A stretch of DNA of 64,000 nucleotides from Chlorokybus atmophyticus (lineage: Eukaryota > Plantae > Mesostigma and Chlorokybus algae), in NCBI GenBank assembly GCA_009103225.1, contig RHPI01002990.1, positions 638,767-702,766 of the forward strand, given 5' to 3'. The notes under the pieces were generated by a model, which worked only from the letters and a program-made list of their open reading frames with translations, ran no database searches and was not told the origin of the DNA. A program made the position numbers and the translations under genes. Below are positions 13,261-27,155 of the stretch, in pieces (positions within the stretch are counted from its first letter, which is position 1; each line of letters starts with the position of its first letter).

Positions 13261-15135
13261 GTAGTGTTTAGATTCTGCTCTAGGCGCAGCAGCAGAATGC
13301 AAGGTGTACAGACAGCCATAGTGTACAGACTTGAGTTAGTGTCCAGCTGTTGTACATGACTTGTAAAGAATTCTGAGAGATGTTAATGCCGTACAACTTA
13401 ACTTGCTTGGTGCCCAACCAGCTTGCAGTGCATGCTGCACCTGCATGCTTATCGCGCCTGCAGTGTGCTGGAGTATCAACTCTCATAATGACCCTCGCCA
13501 TCTGGTTGGCCAACCCTTTGGTCATTTTTTAATGCACAGCGACAGCGCGCCTTGTACCAAAGATGTAATGCTCCGTGAGTTGGTTCAATAAGATGAGAGT
13601 TGGCAAGCTACCAATGTCCAATGTGGTAAGTGCCAGCATGGGTCATCTGGCGAGGCTACCACAGCTTCACAGCGACGCCTCGTTGCATGCATCAATACAG
13701 CATCCAACCAGCATTTATGTAAGACAACTCTGCGCAATACAATGGTTGTACGAATCTGCCACTCGTGCATTGCAAACACTATTGTAGTGCCTGCGCCACG
13801 CATGGGAGTGTAAGGAAAGTGACGGGTATATCACATTCACCCATCACGACCAATTCTTACTCAGGGCCAAGGCCCATGGCACTCTAGGCGAGAACTCGGG
13901 ACCTCAAAGTCTTCAACCTGTGTGCATCCCTCAAGCTATGTATATGCAGGCGCGCGCTGCATGTGCGCCGCTCGAGTGTCTGTCACAATGTTCCGCCAGT
14001 GCGTGGCGTGCATTGCAGTGAGCGCAATTGTGGGCATTGCTGGAGCAAGGTGCAGCGGTAGTGGGATGTACATACAACGTCAGTGCTTGGGGACTGATGC
14101 TATTGGTGCTGTACTGCTTGCTGGCTGATGTGCTGCGCATTGCTGTTGCTGGTCATGTTGGTCATGGTGGCTGCTGAGCTGCTGGAATGCTGCTGGGCTA
14201 AGAGACCAACGGCTATTAACGGGCACCTAACCAACCAAGCCTTGCCTGCAGCCCTTTCGTGTGGTGGTGTTGTGTGCTGTAGGTATAAGTGGCGGCGGGG
14301 GCCAGTCAGTCGTCTCTGGTCGTCCAAGTCCTTCCTGTGCTGCTGGACCCGGCCTGACACCCACGCCTCTGCTGCGCAGGTTGCCAACACCGTGCACACC
14401 CTTGCCTGCCCTATGTCCCGCCTGCTGTCTGCTACACTTTGCTGGTGTTGTTTGGTTTGTTAGGTGAGCTGCTATAGTCAGACTAGCGCTGCTCTGGGCC
14501 CCCAAATCTTGTGGATGCAACTGTTGTTGTGAGAGCTTGCATGTGCGCATGCTCTGCATCTATTTGCTTCACACAATGTGGTGAATGTATGTGTCGCGGT
14601 GGACGTGGGAGGCCTTGCGAGCAGAGCTGCTGCTGATGGAGGGGGACGTGGCGCTGACAGCGTGAGCGTGTTAGCAGCCGTAAACCGTGTGCGCGTGCAC
14701 GCTTGTGCACATGTGTGGTTAGGTAAGGACAGCATGTGCAGTCAGACCATGTGCATATGTATGTATAGTGTTGTATGAGTTTGTACGCCTTGAAACAACC
14801 CTTGAAATGCACGTAGTAGATGATTGAAAACACACATGAGCCACGCGCATGAGACTTCCTCAACGAGTCGAATGTAATTGTGATTCCATATTGCACGTAC
14901 ACTCTTATACCAATGTGCAATTGTACGCCCGTACGCCCTTGGTTACTCGCTCACACCACACGTGTGCATGCACACACGCAGGCACCACACCATATTCTCA
15001 CTACTCTATAGTTTGCATCACACACTCTTAAGTAAGGAAGGTTCGCCGGCTCTGCTGCCTACCCTATTGCCGTTGCAATCACTTAGCTAGCCCAGGCCTC
15101 ATAACCCTGGTAATGTGGCAGGCAGCCGTGCGTGC

Positions 15136-15169
<34 letters not shown>

Positions 15170-15516
15170 CAACCCCACCACCCAACCCCACCGCAGCACC
15201 TAACTGCCAGCCCCAAACCACAACCGACTGCACTGGCACAGCATGCGACATTCAGCCACTGACGACCATGCGGGCAAGTCGCGACAGCCTTGCACGCAGT
15301 TGCGTACTGCTGACGTTGACACTGCAACCCTGGCAGCGTCAACAGCAGCAGGGGCGCAGACTGCCAAGAGAGAAGCAGGGCGGCGGGTGGAGAGAGAGCG
15401 AGAGAGCAGAGGGAGGGGGAGTCCGTCTGCTTTGTGCTGCTGCCACAACTACAGCCACACCGGTGCCTAACTGTGGGGACTCTACTTGTGTACAGGTAAC
15501 TACGCATGCATGTTGA

Positions 15517-15837
15517 CTAACGGGGCAAGGGCTTAGCGAAAGTAGCTACCTAGTTTGTATAGGTAGCCCGGTGGTGTAAGAAGTTGTTTGCTGGCGTGTG
15601 CGAGTGTGCGTGTGTGTGTGCATGTCATGTTCACAATGCAATGGGGTCACATGCATAANTGTGTGTGTGTGTGTGTGTGTGTGTATAAGGGGTATGGTAC
15701 GGTGGCAGCATGCATGTGGACAATGCGAATGGCATGCATCAGCACAAGCATACACACGCTTTACACATCATATTTAACCACCGGGCTAGTTCTATGGCTG
15801 CTTGCTACACTATACCAATGCTAGCCCGCCCCGTTAG
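15517..15837. repeat. Bipartite inverted repeat (possible decayed fold-back element)
   Basis: CTAACGGGGC (15517) / GCCCCGTTAG (15828) and TAGCCCGGTGGT (15564) / ACCACCGGGCTA (15777) are nested reverse complements; no TSD found. Confidence 0.5.
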
Positions 15838-16075
15838 ACATACAAGCATGCATTCAGTGTGTGTGTCACTGAGCCCGATTGGTGCGGGCTTTGGAGCCCA
15901 CGTATTTGTATATCAGTGTGTGCGCCTGCATGCGTACGTGTAATGTATGCGATGCACGAAGTTGTGTAATGACAGAACGACTACGCTGCATTGCACGCGG
16001 CCATTCCTGGACTTGACATGGCTTTGACTCCACATTCTGCTGTAGATCTGTCATGCTGTTGTCTTTGTGTATGCA

Positions 16076-16120
16076 CTGCACTGCACTGCATTGCACTGCA
16101 CTGCACTGCACTGCACTGCA
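16076..16120. repeat. (CTGCA)n pentanucleotide microsatellite
   Basis: Tandem ctgca units visible. Confidence 0.9.
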
Positions 16121-16664
16121 GCAGGTAACTGCAATATAATACGTGCATGCATGTCTAATGGGACTGGGAGGTAGTGATAGTGTAGAGTGGTAGACGTTTA
16201 GCCTGGTGGTAACAGTGTGAACCCTTGTATAGAGATAATGATGTAGTGTTGCTGTGCATTGATGTTGCATGCATGTGCAAAACAGCACTTTACATATCCT
16301 ATGCACTGCATTGTGCCTGCTCTGTTGCTTGGCGTTTGGAGTGTTTGCTTTGATGTGTGTGGATGGATTGCTGTGCAGAAGCTCACAACACACTGCAACT
16401 TTGAAAACAAGGATGTACACATCTGCAATCGGACATTTGCGGTGCAGCATTGTGACTTTGGTGCTGACATACCGGAACAAACACAGGCACTTAGCAAGGA
16501 TTGGTGTACACCAATGCATGACATCACAAGGTAAGCATGTGTGCACGCGCTCTGACTGTGTCCTTCTATGTGGCATGTGGCATGTGCAGCGAGTACACTC
16601 CTTACCTCAGTCAATGCCAGTGTACATGTTAACAATAATTGCGTGATACCTTCACACATGGTGC

Positions 16665-19576
16665 TTATGGCTCAGAGTCCGAAGTCTGAGCATTCTTGGC
16701 CTTGGAAGCAATAGCTTCAAGAGCCTTCTTGCGCAATTCCTCTTCAAGGGCCCGCTTCCTCAAGCCCTCATCAGAGTCTTCTTGCTCCTGCTGGTTATCA
16801 ACGCCTGGGGTCTGCTCCGCTTGCACCATGGCAGCAGCCTTGGCTGCTTTCTTGGCCCTTTTCTCCTCCTTGCGCGCACGCTTCTCTGCTTTCTTGGCAC
16901 GCTTCTCCTCTTTGGCGCGTTTTTTCGCAGCTCGTCGTTCTTCGCTATTGGCAGGAGAGTGCGGGGCAGCCGTGTCCGCTTCATCCAGTTCAGCAGCAGA
17001 GCCTGGTGGCTTCTCCTTGCTTTCCTTGATGTCCTTCCAGCGAGCCTGCCGATCCTGGCGCTCCCGCTCCTCCCTTGCCTCATCATCATCAGAGCTGCTG
17101 GGATGATCTGCAGCAGGTTGTCTTTTGTCCTCATGTGGTGCTCTGGGTGCCGGGGAAGGTGAACGCCGTGCTCTGCAGGAGAGGCATAACATTGAGTTTA
17201 ACATAACAAGATTCAATCTGAAAGCGCTAACCATCCCAAGTTGCCGCTGCAACTCACCCATTCTGCACGGGTTTGGAATTATCAGCAGCGCGGTCCGGCG
17301 CTGGTGACCTGGTGCGAATGTCCTGGCTTGCGGGGCGCCTATCCAGGTCTCTGCCTTCCCTCCTGCCACCATTGTAACGACTGCGTTCCTCAGGTCGCTC
17401 AGTACTGCGCCTGGGCTGATCACGGTACAATTCGCTGCCCCTGCCAGTATCTCGACCGCGTTCAACGGGTCTGTCTTCTCCCCTGGGCTCATCTCTGTGA
17501 GATTGTCGGTCTCTATCATCACGGACATCTCTACTGCTTGCTTTCAACGGTGGGGATCTGCCACGCGCCCTTGCTGGGCTATCTCGAGGGTTTCGTGGCG
17601 GTGTTGGAGAGCGCCTGCGACCGACAACATCAGCTGTCCGACCCCTGGGTGGGCTAGCCCGAGGGTTTCGTGGCGGGGATGGCGACCGCCTGCGACCAAC
17701 ATCATCAGCTGCCCGCGCTCTGGGTGGGCTGGGCCGAGAACGTCGTGGCGGGGTGATGGAACGTCTGCGAGTGAAGTCATTGGGTGCACGCCCTCTGCGT
17801 GGGCTGGCCCGACGTGGTGGGCTGGCTCTACGTGGTGGACTGGGGGAACGCCTGCAACATCAAACGTGATTTGTGTGTCCCCGGGCGCATGTGTGCATAC
17901 ATGTGTCTGCGCGCGTGAGATGAGATGTGCGTGTGCGTACGTGCATGTGTGTCTGCTGTTGCATGTGCGTGCGTGCATGTGTAATGCACGCCAGTCTGTG
18001 CCCCCCCCCCCCCCCCCCCCAAATGCCATCCACACAGCACACCTTGCCCGAACTGGTGGTCGCCGTACAGGAGAACGTGATTGTGCTCGACTTTTACGAG
18101 GACTTATTGACCTGCAACGCACATGTTGGCCAAATTGCAGCTGGCTGCAGCAGCTTTCCCATGTATGAACCGAGATGATGGCACTACTCACCGGGATCTG
18201 CTTCGACTATGAGATCTTTTGCGTCTATTCCTGTCACGATCTCGATCAACGCTCCCCCTGCTCCATCGAGTAAGCATAACATGTCAAACATGTGTTTGCC
18301 TTTGCCTAAAGGTTGGTAGGGCAAGTACACTCACCTGGCAGCATCATCCCTCCGCGCGTCCCTTCCATTGGCACCCTGCACGTTCTGCTCTCAGTGGGAT
18401 AACAGCAAAGACAAGCGCTCTGGTGCAATATAACATTGATGCTCCTGCAACTCCGCCATCAGAACAAAAGCAAAAAGTACAACGCTCACACCAAACATTT
18501 CATAGTGACAGGGCATACCCGTGCGACATCGCGCTGGATGTCCTTGTCCACAGCATCTCGTCGGCGCTGGACTTCATCCCTTATGCGATCCTCTTCTGCC
18601 TGCAACCAGACATTGGCGCACGAGCCGCATTTGATAACTGCACTGAGACGTCGGGGTCTGTCAGCAAGCAATAGCACCAACTCAAGGGCTGAGACAAGCA
18701 ACAACCCTCACCTTCTTCAACCGTGCCTCCTCTGCTCGCTTCTCAAGGAACTCTTGTGGAATGCCACTCACACTCTCCTGCGCACTCACGAGCAACGCCC
18801 ACAGTTCCTTCATGAAGCGACTTGTGTTTTTCTCAAGGAAGGACTGTATGTTGATCATCAATGACTTGCCGTCAACAAGCTGCGCAGCGGAAGAATGTCA
18901 GCACTGGCTTGCTGGACAGACTCTTGTGCTCACTCACGCTATGCAGCCTAACAACACTTGCATATGGACTGGGGAAAACGTACCGGGGCCTCCAACTGTG
19001 CAAAAATGTAGCCAACCAGCACCTCATCCTCAAACCCTAAAAGCTCCGTTACACGCTGTACAATCCATGGCTTGATGACATCTAGCTGAACCTTTTTCAT
19101 GTTCACCTGACAATGCATTACAATCACATCAGATAACGTGCGACCTGTATACAGGTCACATTGCGTGAAACGTGTATAACCTCAAGTCACCTGCTGTTCC
19201 AGTTCTGCTGGGAACTTCATTTTGGCGAGCAACTTCCTGTTTTTGTTGCTGAACCTGGTGTCCTGGTCCGCCGTTGTCCCCTACGAGCCCAATTTGACCA
19301 CGTGTGAACAAAGCATACTAGACAACATCACAACGCCAGTGGCCTCCACCCTCATGGTAACTGCAACGCCTATCTTCACATGACAAGCGTACTTCTGTGT
19401 CAAACCATGCTAACTCACTGCAGAAGTGAAAGACAACACCACTGAAGCAGAGGCTCAAGTACAGCATGAGTCACTCGCACATTGTTCCAGACGTCCCTTC
19501 AGTGCAAGGCCTCAGCAGCAGATTGCAGTGCTAGAACGGCAATCATTCCGCTCACCTTGAAAAAACCGCCCGACAT
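16665..19576 (-). CDS. SRRM1: PWI-domain Ser/Arg repetitive matrix protein 1-like splicing factor, multi-exon
   Basis: MSGGFFK|GTTADQDTRFSNKNRKLLAKMKFP; KKVQLDVIKPWI..RVTELLGFEDE; LLEKNTSRFMKELWALLVSAQE..SGIPQEFLE; RS/RD-rich middle; K/E-rich tail ELRKKALEA. Confidence 0.92.
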
Positions 19577-20712
19577 CTTGACCCAACCCGATGCGGCAGG
19601 ATTTATCCGGCCCCCGCGAGGACGTCTCGCCTCCTCCCCTCACGCCGACGACAGCGGCGGCCACGACAAGACGACCAACAGTGCCTGGTTAGGGTTTCCG
19701 AAAGCCGAAACGCAAAGCAAGCCGAAGCCAAATCAGGAGTGTCTGTTACAACTCGCTGTCTCACCAGACGAAGCCAAATTTGAAAGGCGAAAAGAGAGCA
19801 AAGCAAAACGCAAATTCGCTAAGTCCGGTGACAATTGTGGCTTCAATTTATTGGGCTGTCGTTGCGCAGCGGCCTGGTAGCGGCCGTGGAAAAGGCGGGA
19901 AAGGGCTGAAGCGGCGGACGGGGCGGCGGTGTCGCTGCATGCTTGTGAGTGTGGCAGAGGGGATGGGGGCAACCACAGGCTGCTGCCGCAAGGCTTGGCA
20001 ATAGCGCATGTACTGCTTTTTTGTAGTGGAATCCCACACCTATCTGTAAGCTTGCATCCGCATAATGGCGAACAAGCGCAATGGCGGTCCCAAAACAAAG
20101 GATTTTCAGGTTGGTGTATTCGCGAGGGTGCTTGTGCTGTGTGCATGCTGCCAGGCGTGTTACGCGCAACCACTGTAAGCAATGATTTGACGTCAAGCGC
20201 AGCTTTCCTGCAGCTGAACAAGAATATGCCCAACAGCTGTGTGCTGTTTGGAAGCTTCGCCAATTGCGTTGCTACTCTGAAAGCACAGAGCTAGTGCACT
20301 GTGTCTATATAAAGTGAGTAGAGTAAAACTGAGTAGAGTAAAACCTTGTCTCTTGTCGTGTTCACCTTAGTTTGAGCAGTTCACATGTGCTTTCTCAGTT
20401 TCACGTATGCTGGTTGGTAGACTGCAAAAGTTAGGGACCTCCTCGCTGTTCCGGGGCCACTTTTTGCATTGCATTGATAGAAATTAGCTGGATGGCTGGT
20501 TGCGGGAGAACGGTGCTGTGACATGGACAACTTGCAACTGCATGCTTTCCCGGAATCATCCACTGTGCGTGACTGGTTCAACACGTGCGCTCCGCACTAA
20601 TGAAGTTCAGTCTAACTGCGGGGGTTTTTACTAGTGTTATGTACCTGGATGAGAGCAAGTGATGTACGCATCCATCAATGGTCCTAGCCTGTTCATCATG
20701 CATATGCCCCCC

Positions 20713-20876
20713 NNNNNNNNNNNNNNNNNNNNNNNNNNNNNNNNNNNNNNNNNNNNNNNNNNNNNNNNNNNNNNNNNNNNNNNNNNNNNNNNNNNNNNNN
20801 NNNNNNNNNNNNNNNNNNNNNNNNNNNNNNNNNNNNNNNNNNNNNNNNNNNNNNNNNNNNNNNNNNNNNNNNNNNN
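20713..20876. other. Assembly gap (N run)
   Basis: 164 consecutive N. Confidence 1.
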
Positions 20877-21046
20877 CGTGCATGCATAAGTTGCTGCCTG
20901 CTCCTGACGTCTTGCGGGTTGGGGTTGCCATGTGTGTTGGGGGGATGGGGGGGCGCATGGAGGGTCATGTCAAATGAAGCAGAGGTTAAGCTATCGTGCG
21001 CACCGCTCAACACCTGGCTTCACTATGCTAGGCCAGCGCTCAGTGT

Positions 21047-24000
21047 ATGGCTGACTGTAAACTGCGCTGGTACTTACAGGATGAGGACTACCTGAACTCG
21101 CTGGATCCTTTGGTTGACCAGCTTCAAAAGACAACTGGCGATACCTCTCTGAACCGCAAGTCCGTTGCTGGTTTGGTGATGCAGCTGTTGCAGTTTCAGG
21201 AGGACGTCCTTGGGCGACAGGTATGGTTCCTGCGTCATTGCGTAGGTGTTTATGTCGCACAATGGGTGCAGTGCATACGCTGATTGTGTACTACTTGAAA
21301 CAGGCGCCTGATCCAAAGCCATTCACCAAGCTGCCTGTAAAGTTGTTTTACAACACCAAACCGTCCGGCCCTTTGTACACATTGCTCGCCAAGTGTTATG
21401 AGCATAAAAGGACTCAGGATTGGCGACGCTTTGACTTCCAATTACCAGCTAGGAGAGATGCGGTGCTTACCATGCTTGAAGCCGTGCGAGAAGAGCTTGT
21501 GGTATGCCTCCCCCCCCCCCTCCGCGTTATTGTAGTGTTGTAGTATGCGCAAGTATGCAAGTTGTGATTGACATGCAAGCATGGTCAGGATCTGAGGCTG
21601 TAAGCTTGTAGCAACTGCATGCAAGTGAGAAAGTGCTGCGCGTGTGTGTACGATGGCTGCATGTCGTATCAACGTTCGTCCTGACAAAATCTGGGCGCAG
21701 AGCAAAGGTTTTCTCAAGTATCCCAAGGTGTTCATATCCGACCTGGTGCCTGCAGCAAGCATAGACATCCTAAAGGTGAGCTGCGTATTGCCCCTCGACA
21801 GCAGTGTTTGTTTTGTGCATTGCATGTTAATCAACACATCGTCGCAGGCCACTGTTGTAGAGTGTGGTGGATCAGTGGCCAGCACTGAAGGTACGTATTG
21901 AAACAGTGCCTTGCTGTGCTGATTGCAAGCGATCTGCTGCTTGACTACTGCCCATGCAGGATGGAGGCATTGACATCTTACTGTATGGTGCAGACGAAGC
22001 CGGTGTTTCGCATGCTTTATACCCCGACGCACCAGCTCCAGCGGGTGAAGATCAGAATGAGGCTTGGTGCCGGACTATTGAGGTGCGGGGTGATGAAGTC
22101 AAAGTGCACTGGTGGTACTACCCGGATAGCTATGATGAGTGGATGGATGAAGGTGAGGCCTAGGGAATAAGGGACTCCGGAATTCTGTGCCTGGATAGTG
22201 TTCTGCAATGTGATGAGCCAGTTGCTTCAATGTGGGTTGAGATTACCATTGAGGCAGTTGATGACCATGAGCGTCTTTCAGATGATGTCAATGGAGACAT
22301 AGAGGAGGAGGAGCCAAGGAAAGGGTTTTGGCAGTTGCATGTGAAGTGGCTCAGGGATACCAAGGTGTTTAATGAGTGGTAAGGCTTCAAGCTCCTTGTG
22401 AGAGGCTCTGCCATGCTGGCAGTGTCGGTAGAGAACACGTCCGTCAACATACAGTAAAAGGAACGGGTATTGCATGCATTGGATGGACGACTGCTTGTTT
22501 CACAGGATGAATGAGATTGATTACGAAGTTGACGAGGACGCACTGGCGGCTATTGCCAAGCAGAAAGCCGCTTTGCATCGGATATCTGTGGCAATTCCCA
22601 GCGAGCATAAGCCTGGCAAGTTTGGAGGCACGACCAAACCAGACTGAGCACCATGTGCCTTGCTTACAGGCTGCTATGTCAACCGCAAGACTGACCATTA
22701 CAGTTGGATTTTCAGGCAAAAGCAAGCACAAGGCGAAGGCTGAGCGGTTGAAACCTATCTCAGCAGAGTGGGTCGCATGCTGTTGCAGTATGACAAATTT
22801 GTGACTACCTGTTGTTATTGCTGAGTAAGTTGACTGAACAGGGACTTGGGTGCCTCGAAAAGAAAGCGCGAAACAGCGGACCTTGCAGATATTGATGGCG
22901 ATGATGACCTTCAAGGTCAGCTGTGAGTCTTGAAGAGAGCACAAGAAGGTGGCGCTGTTTCGTTGGTGTACTGCATGCTGACTTCTTTGTGTTGACAGGA
23001 AGCAAACGACATCAAGCAAGCACCGAAGAAGCTGAGCTGGCTGGCAAGGGAGAAGGTGCCACTGCATTTGTCAGTGCACAAAATAATTGGTGGACTAAAC
23101 ATGTGGCGGTTGCAGGCATTCATAAGATCCGCTTGAAATTGGGCACTGCCAGTATTCCTAAGAGCCCAGAAGATGCCGGAACCCCGACAGCGGGCATGGA
23201 GGTTGTCACATCATGTGCAGCTGATGCCGTTAATGACTGCTGTATTAACACTGACAACGCAATAGGTAGATTACCAGCCAACATCGCAAGTTGATGCGCC
23301 TGCAAACATCCCTGCTGCAGCCTTAGAGCCACAGCAGCATGCTGGGGAGATTGGGGCTGGCCCTGGACAACAGGTAATGTTGTCTTATGTCGACCTAGCA
23401 CTGTTTCATCGGCCATTGGAACCTAATAGCAGCCATGACGCTTGCATATCGCCTGAACTGGTGGTTGCAGGTTTCAAGTGCTCCTCTGGTTGTCATGCAT
23501 GCAGTTCAGAGTCCGCATGAGTCAATCATCTCCGCTGCTGCTGCGGATACTGCAGCAGCAAGTGGGCGCGTCACGGCGTCATCAGGTATGGGTTGAAGCT
23601 CAGAACATTGTCAGCGAGCTGAGGGTTCAAGAAGCTGTATGGTATGTGACAGGTGCACCTCAGCTGGAGAACATCTCGCAAGGACATGCAGGCAATGCCG
23701 AGCAGACACAAGCAGCAGGGGAGCCAACCGCCACCCAACATGGAGATCAAGGCGCAGGTGGTGAAAAGGACAAAGCAAAGGAGGTTGAGAAGGACAGAGA
23801 TAGAAAAGAAAGGGAGATGGAACTTTACAGAGTGCCTGCGCATGCTGGTTGGTTCCAATGGGACCATATACATGATTTGGAACGAAGGGGTGTACCTGAG
23901 TTCTTCAACGGCAGATCAGAGTCAAAAACTCCCAAGGTATAGTGAATCGGAGTACAACTTAGCTTCAGGCCGTTTTGCTTTCATAAGTTGAATCTAAGCC

Positions 24001-27000
24001 TGTTCTACACAGATGTACAAACAATATCGAGACTTCATGATCAACAAGTTTAGGTCAAATCCATCCCAACCATTGCCATTCAGTGAGTGTCGGAAGTACT
24101 TACTGGGAGACGTCAACGCCATGTTGAGAATCTACCAGTTTCTGGAGCGATGGGGTCTTATCAACTACGTCCCTGCCAGGCCACGCACTGCCCCTGGTGA
24201 TGGTGGGCGTCGGCCACCAACACCCACTGTAAGCTTACACTCTGGTGTGCATTCTTTAGAGACTGCATGAAGTGCCCATGGGAATTGTTTCTGTGCTTTG
24301 CAGGTGGAGCGCGAAAGTGTGTCCGGCATGCTTGTCAGCACGCCTGCTGTCCCGCCTCTTACAAGCCTTTACCAGTTTGAGGCCAGACCTCCCAACATGC
24401 TGCAAGCTGCTGAAGACATGCGGCTCAGTACGCGGCGCCAGGCTTACGGCGCCGTGCTGACCTCGGCTCCTGGTGCGCCTGGCAATGTTATAGAGTATCA
24501 CTGCAACTTCTGCCGGAACGATTGTTCTGCTTGTAGATATCATTGTCACACTCAGGTAAGGCTTGGCTTCTTGCACTCTGTATGAGATTGATTTGACACA
24601 TGAGTGAGCATTGACAACCACATGTGTTGGTTCACTTCCAGCCAGATGTTGACCTTTGTCCCAACTGCTTTGCCAATGGCCGCTTCCCCGCATCCACTAC
24701 AACAGCAGACTTCATACGGATGGATGCATCTCAAGAGGCCAACCGTAGCAGCAGCCAGGACTGGACAGACCAGGAGACGTTGCTCCTGCTAGAAGCGTTG
24801 GAGCTGTATGGTGCGTGCCAAGCACGAGGCTCATGCATGATAAAAGACAATGTTTGCTATAAAGCATATCACCCGCATGCTACACACCTCATGAAGACTT
24901 GCGTTGACTTAGTTGATCACACTCGCAGGAGACAAATGGGAAGAAGTTGCGGAACATGTCGGCACGAAGAATAAGGCGCAGTGCGTCCTTCATTTTTTGA
25001 GGCTTCCAATTGAAGACCAGTTTTTGGATGAGATTGAAGCGGGAAATGGTGGTGTGAAGTTGCCGACAGCACCAGCAGAAGCGGCTTCTGCTGCATACGG
25101 GGTTGTTTCCAATGGTGCAGCTCCAGCCAATACAGGTAGTGCCATCACGACAGCCGCACCACATGCGGTTCAAGTGGAGGCAGACGAAGATGTTGTGCCT
25201 TTTGCAGATGCGTCAAACCCAATCATGGCTCAGGTGGGTGTGTTGCAGTTATCCCCGAGGGCAACATGCATGTAGATGAAGGCGCAGTTCAAGCTGATGC
25301 TCATGTTGTCAGGTTGCCTTTCTAGCATCGACAGTCGGGCCTCGAGTGGCTGCGGCCGCAGCGCAAGCTGCATTGCAAGCGCTTGTAGCAGAAGAGCCAT
25401 CCCTGGAACGAGATGCAGCAGAAGAAGCCTTGCACAATGCCAGAGCCGCAACCAAGCCCTCTACAGAACCTGCTAGTATGACCCATGCATCTCTCAAAGT
25501 TGTAATGTTGGTTAACACTGCAGACTTGAGCTTAAGCATTGACACTGCCGCGACTAGTACCTGTCAGATTGCCAAGCACGTGACGTGGTTTTTAATGTAT
25601 GTTCCTGACAGGCATGCCAGCTGTTCCCGAAGCAAAGGCAGAAGTTCAGCCTGGGGCATCCGCAGAAGTTTTGCCTTCGCCAGCCGTGAAACTCGATGTA
25701 CAGTCAGATGTTGCTCCACGGCCGGAAGAGCCGCGGGTGCCTGCCGTGTCCCCGCAACCAGACGCTACTACTCCTAAACCCGATGAGCCTGCCCCGATGG
25801 TCACAGACATGCAGCCGGCAGATGCATCAAGTGCTCCTGCTGCTCCCGAGGATGCAAAGCTCACCGATGCCGCGCTCAAGTCATCTGCAGTGGATGTTGC
25901 AATGACGGCAGCACAAGCATTTGCGGAGCAGACCATTAGAGAGAACGCTCAAGATGCCTCACCCAAGGCAACAGAAGCCGCGAGAGACGAGCCTCCAGGC
26001 GTCCTGTCAGCAGTCAAGGTCAAAGTTGCTGCAGCTACTGCGCTAGCGGCGGCTGCTGTTAAGGCGAAGGTAACTCTGCAGGGCTTTTGCAATAATATGC
26101 TCAATGCTTTCCAAGGCTTCAGTGCGAAGGCGAGGTTGATGTGTTGTCAACCTGATGCAACACTCCGTTAGCTCTGTTGACTCAGCCAACAGCATGTGTG
26201 CCTGGAGCCTAAAGTGTTTGTCCATCTGCAGCTGCTAGCCGATCAGGAAGAAAGAGAGATACAGCGCTTGGTAGCTACTGCTATTGAAAACCAGTTGAAA
26301 AAGGTGGAGCTAAAGTTACGCCAGTTTGACGAGCTAGAGACGCTGCTAGAAAAGGAGAAGGAACAGGTGGGTGCGTTGATGCGTGCGCAATGGTGGCGGA
26401 GGTGCTTGTGTGCGCATTTGCTTTTCCTATTTTGCATTGGCTGTGCGAGGCAACAAGCCATGACTATAGCAGTTGCACGTTCCACCACAGTGCATTGCCC
26501 GTGACTGGTTGAGACCAATGCAATGACAGGTGGAGCGCGCAAGGCAGCAACTATACGCGGAGCACTTGCATTTTGCAGCTTCTCGGCTCGCACCACCACC
26601 CATCCCGACCACTACCTCAGCTGCTCCCAAGCCCATCATCCCAGGCGCACAGCAGGTGACACTGACGCAGCCAGCAAAGCCGCTGACGCCCAACCTCAAC
26701 TTGCCAGCCAGCCAAGCTCAGGCTCGTCCATCATCATCATCATCATCGCTACCAGAAGCGTCCCAGTCTCAAGCCGCTGGAGCAGCACAGGATCGCATGG
26801 CCTCCGCATCAGCAGGTTGTTGAACACTCTTGTCAACTGATAGACCCCCCACCCCCACCCCACCCCACCCACCCACACATTGTACTCGCTTGCTGTAGGT
26901 GTGGCAGCTTCACCAACAGATGATCAAGCAATTGGTGCTCAGTCAGACTTTGGGCCAGGTGGGTTGGGGGTCCTATCATCAGGTCCTGTTGCGACGCCAG

Positions 27001-27155
27001 CTGGAGCAACCTTGCAAGCTGATGTGGGTCTAGGACCAAACATTGCTGTGAACTTGGGTCCCGACACAACGGAGATGGATATGGAGGACGAGCCCACCGA
27101 CACGTTCAACCTTCTCAGCGATGCTGACTTGGAGAATGCTACCATGCCGCTATGA
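21047..27155 (+). CDS. SMARCC/SWI3: SWI/SNF core subunit SMARCC/SWI3: N-terminal MarR-like/BRCT/chromo module, SWIRM, ZZ finger, SANT, C-terminal coiled coil (multi-exon)
   Basis: LVMQLLQFQEDVLG; FTKLPVKLF; WRRFDF; VHWWYYPDSYDEW; HVKWLRDTKVFNEWMNEIDYE; SWIRM VPAHAGWF..IHDLERRGVPEFFNGRS..GDVNAMLRIYQFLERWGLINY; ZZ CNFC..C..RYHC..DLCPNCF; SANT WTDQETLLLLEALELYG.KWEEVAEHVGTK; AATALAAAAVKAKLLADQEEREIQRL. Start could lie further upstream near the N gap. Confidence 0.95.

Noticed and set aside
14760-14920. ITITFDSL..YVHF resembling the first hAT catalytic motif
   Set aside because: No DxW core and no further transposase motifs.
15128-15166. (CG)n/(TG)n alternating tracts as Z-DNA elements (also ~9871-9897)
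   Set aside because: Ordinary microsatellites, common across the window.
13300-16600. Numerous Cys/His/Met-rich 60-240 aa ORFs
   Set aside because: Artefacts of TGCA/CATG-rich non-coding DNA; no domain motifs or consistent splice structure.
11881-19040. AAACCCTAA at 11881 and ~19032
   Set aside because: Both lie inside coding exons (MAP65, SRRM1), so they were not counted as telo-boxes.
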